This document shows, one piece after another, positions 62,009 to 64,000 of a stretch of 64,000 nucleotides of DNA. Both the position numbers and the translations under genes were made by a program. The notes beneath the pieces were generated by a model. The model saw nothing but the letters and a program-made list of their open reading frames with translations. It was not told the DNA's origin and searched no databases. Each line of letters opens with the position of its first letter. The stretch's first letter is position 1. The DNA comes from Asterias rubens (taxonomy: Eukaryota): positions 4,836,001-4,900,000 of the forward strand of contig NC_047063.1 of the NCBI RefSeq assembly GCF_902459465.1, given 5' to 3'.

Positions 62009-63282
62009 CATGGCTTAGAGGGATAAGTCTTACCTACTCAAAAAGTCCTCTGAAGCTTTACCAAGTGGTAGGATAATTCCTGCCCAACCAATTTCCGTTC
62101 TCTTTACAAAAGTGAGCAGTGCTCACCACCAAAGCATGAATTATTTTCGGACTTTTTGAGTATCATACAAAAGTTGAGTCCATAAGATATCCATACATCT
62201 GAAACTTTTTCCACAGAATCAAAAAAATAATTATTTGGCAGCCATGAGTATTGTTTTTTTTATATTTTATTATTAGACAACCTGTACACAATGTTCTAGA
62301 AAGCAAAGAAAACCCATCTGATTAGGAAAGAACCCTCTAAACCCACTTCCCATCCAAACAGAGTCACTTGGCCAGCCATACATACAATTTAAGAACTGAA
62401 TCTAGCAACGCTATTATAAAGTCTAAGGTCAATACTTCAGAGTCGAAAACCGACCCTCATCACCTCACTATGAAACCGACTGACACTTTTCAATTGCGAT
62501 ATTCTCCAAACAGATTCCCTGCACAGAAACAGGAAACTTGAAGCCACCGAATTAATTCACTGATGTACTCGAACAAAATGGCAATCATTTTAATACCCCC
62601 AGGCTATAAACAACAATCTTCGACAAAACTGCGAAAATTAAAAACCAGAGAAGATGTCAATTGCTCGGACATTTTGGAATTGATTTTTTTTTTTTTTTTT
62701 TGCTAACTTGAAGCCATCAAAACACATTAATATCTGGTCAAGTGATCCATCAAGCGATATAATTACATACAATTGCCTGGGGACATGTTAAATAACCAAG
62801 TGTCTTTGATTACCCTTTTGGTCTTAATTGTTACCTGAGTGTGTGGATTTTTTTTTTAATTGGCAAAATGACCTGTCATCGGGTAATGGTAAAATAACGA
62901 TTGTGTGTAGTTACACGTGTTAAGCAGAACATTTTAAACGTGACTTAGAGTCCGCCATATCAATGTCGCATTTCATTCAATAATAACTGCCACAAACTTA
63001 AGTGCTTTCTTACTATAATATCTCCCTGCTCATGTTTTTCCAGTCAACTGCTTATGTTACACGTACCGTAGTTACCTGTTCATGTTTGTGTTGTAGACAT
63101 CGAGAAAGACTCTGCTATGGTTGAAACGTCAGTCCATTAACGCTTCTTTTTTTTAGGGGGGGGGGGGGTAAATCCTAATGGGATAAGCCATATGATGTCA
63201 AACAAGTTCTTTTAACGAGATTCTGCACGGTTGAAAGTTTTATTAAAAAACCGAGTTTAGGGTTCCTGTATTTTGGTGTTAA

Positions 63283-63485
63283 AGGCACATGACGATAATG
63301 GTAGTTTGTACTCAAACATTGTAGCATTAAAACTTACTTGGTAACGAGCAATGCGTGAGATAATATTGTGAGATAACGACTCCCTCTGAAGTAACGTTGA
63401 GAAAGAAGTAATTTCTCAATAAATTATTTAAATTGCATCTGAAAGCACACATTTTGTGCGACAAGGGTAATGTATTGTTTTCTTT
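63283..63485 (-). mobile_element. Kolobok MITE family 1, truncated, downstream of the lectin stop codon
   Basis: TTAA|AGGCAC, cttggtaacgagcaat, ctccctctgaagtaacg, gcatctgaaagcacac. Confidence 0.6.
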
Positions 63486-63568
63486 CTTGTCAGTAACTGT
63501 ATTATATTAATATCCAGTGTCGTGAGGCGCTGCCTGAGTATAGGCCTGAATGTGATTCACGTGTAATG

Positions 63569-64000
63569 TCAGCAGAACTTGAGGAGTCCTTGCTCACTCA
63601 CGGGCTCATAGTAGAAACAGTTTTCAAATCGGGCGATATCAGTGACGTCACTCTCGAGACGGGTCGCACTGTTGAGCTGGCATACAACATGGTCATCAGC
63701 CCCTCCCTGCTTCAAGAGATTGAAGGAGCGGCATTGAGGCTCCGACCAGCATGCCACACCACACGCCATGGACTCCCTGACCGGGTAGCTCTTGATCTGA
63801 CGGTTGAGCAGACAGTAATGTGGTACTTGGTTGAAGATCCTGGCAGGCCGACGCGGGCGGGGAGGTACCTCCAACTCACAAGCAGCAAACTTCACATCAT
63901 CACACTCTTTATCTCCCCACTTCCCCCCATATTTCTCGGACATCCGCACGCACTCCTGCGACTCCAAATCTGGTTCCGGTCCGGCCCAGTTCTTAAAAGC
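63569..64000 (-). CDS. 3' part of a C-type lectin domain + PAN/apple domain protein (5' part lies beyond the window)
   Basis: The frame is open from the window edge: AFKNWAGPEPDLESQECVRMSEKYGGKWGDKECDDVKFAACE matches the CTLD C-terminal half (W..EPD, E.C, W.D..C, CE). It is followed by CLLNRQIKSYPVRESMACGVACWSEPQCRSFN...CQLNSATR...FYYE, a PAN/apple cysteine pattern. Stop TGA at 63569-63571. Confidence 0.88.
   Translation of the reverse strand, partial: AFKNWAGPEPDLESQECVRMSEKYGGKWGDKECDDVKFAACELEVPPRPRRPARIFNQVPHYCLLNRQIKSYPVRESMACGVACWSEPQCRSFNLLKQGGADDHVVCQLNSATRLESDVTDIARFENCFYYEPVSEQGLLKFC

Noticed and set aside
14712-63169. Scattered poly-C/poly-G tracts as G-quadruplex or regulatory signals
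   Set aside because: These are isolated homopolymers in unrelated contexts with no shared flanks.

Overview
AT-rich, gene-poor, repeat-dense animal genomic DNA. It is most likely an invertebrate deuterostome such as a sea star, which is an inference from the Deu/Nin-type SINE, the C-type lectin + PAN gene and the transposon complement. The only convincing host coding sequence is the 3' part of a C-type lectin + PAN/apple gene on the minus strand at the right edge (63569-64000). About 30 copies or fragments of one TTAA-flanked Kolobok/T2-type MITE (~380 bp) are spread through the window, with three further TTAA-AG/GG families. Also present are piggyBac, PIF/Harbinger and AT-TSD MITEs, a foldback MITE, tRNA-derived SINEs and Penelope-type repeats with minimal hammerhead motifs. 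The most notable object is an internally deleted DIRS-type retroelement (53484-55562) with a tyrosine recombinase remnant. Its internal complementary region and both ends meet at three ACCGGT cores, and its flanks reconstruct a perfect 42-bp palindrome. Nearly all short ORFs in the track are repeat-derived or random. All comparisons were made by eye, so family assignments need database confirmation.
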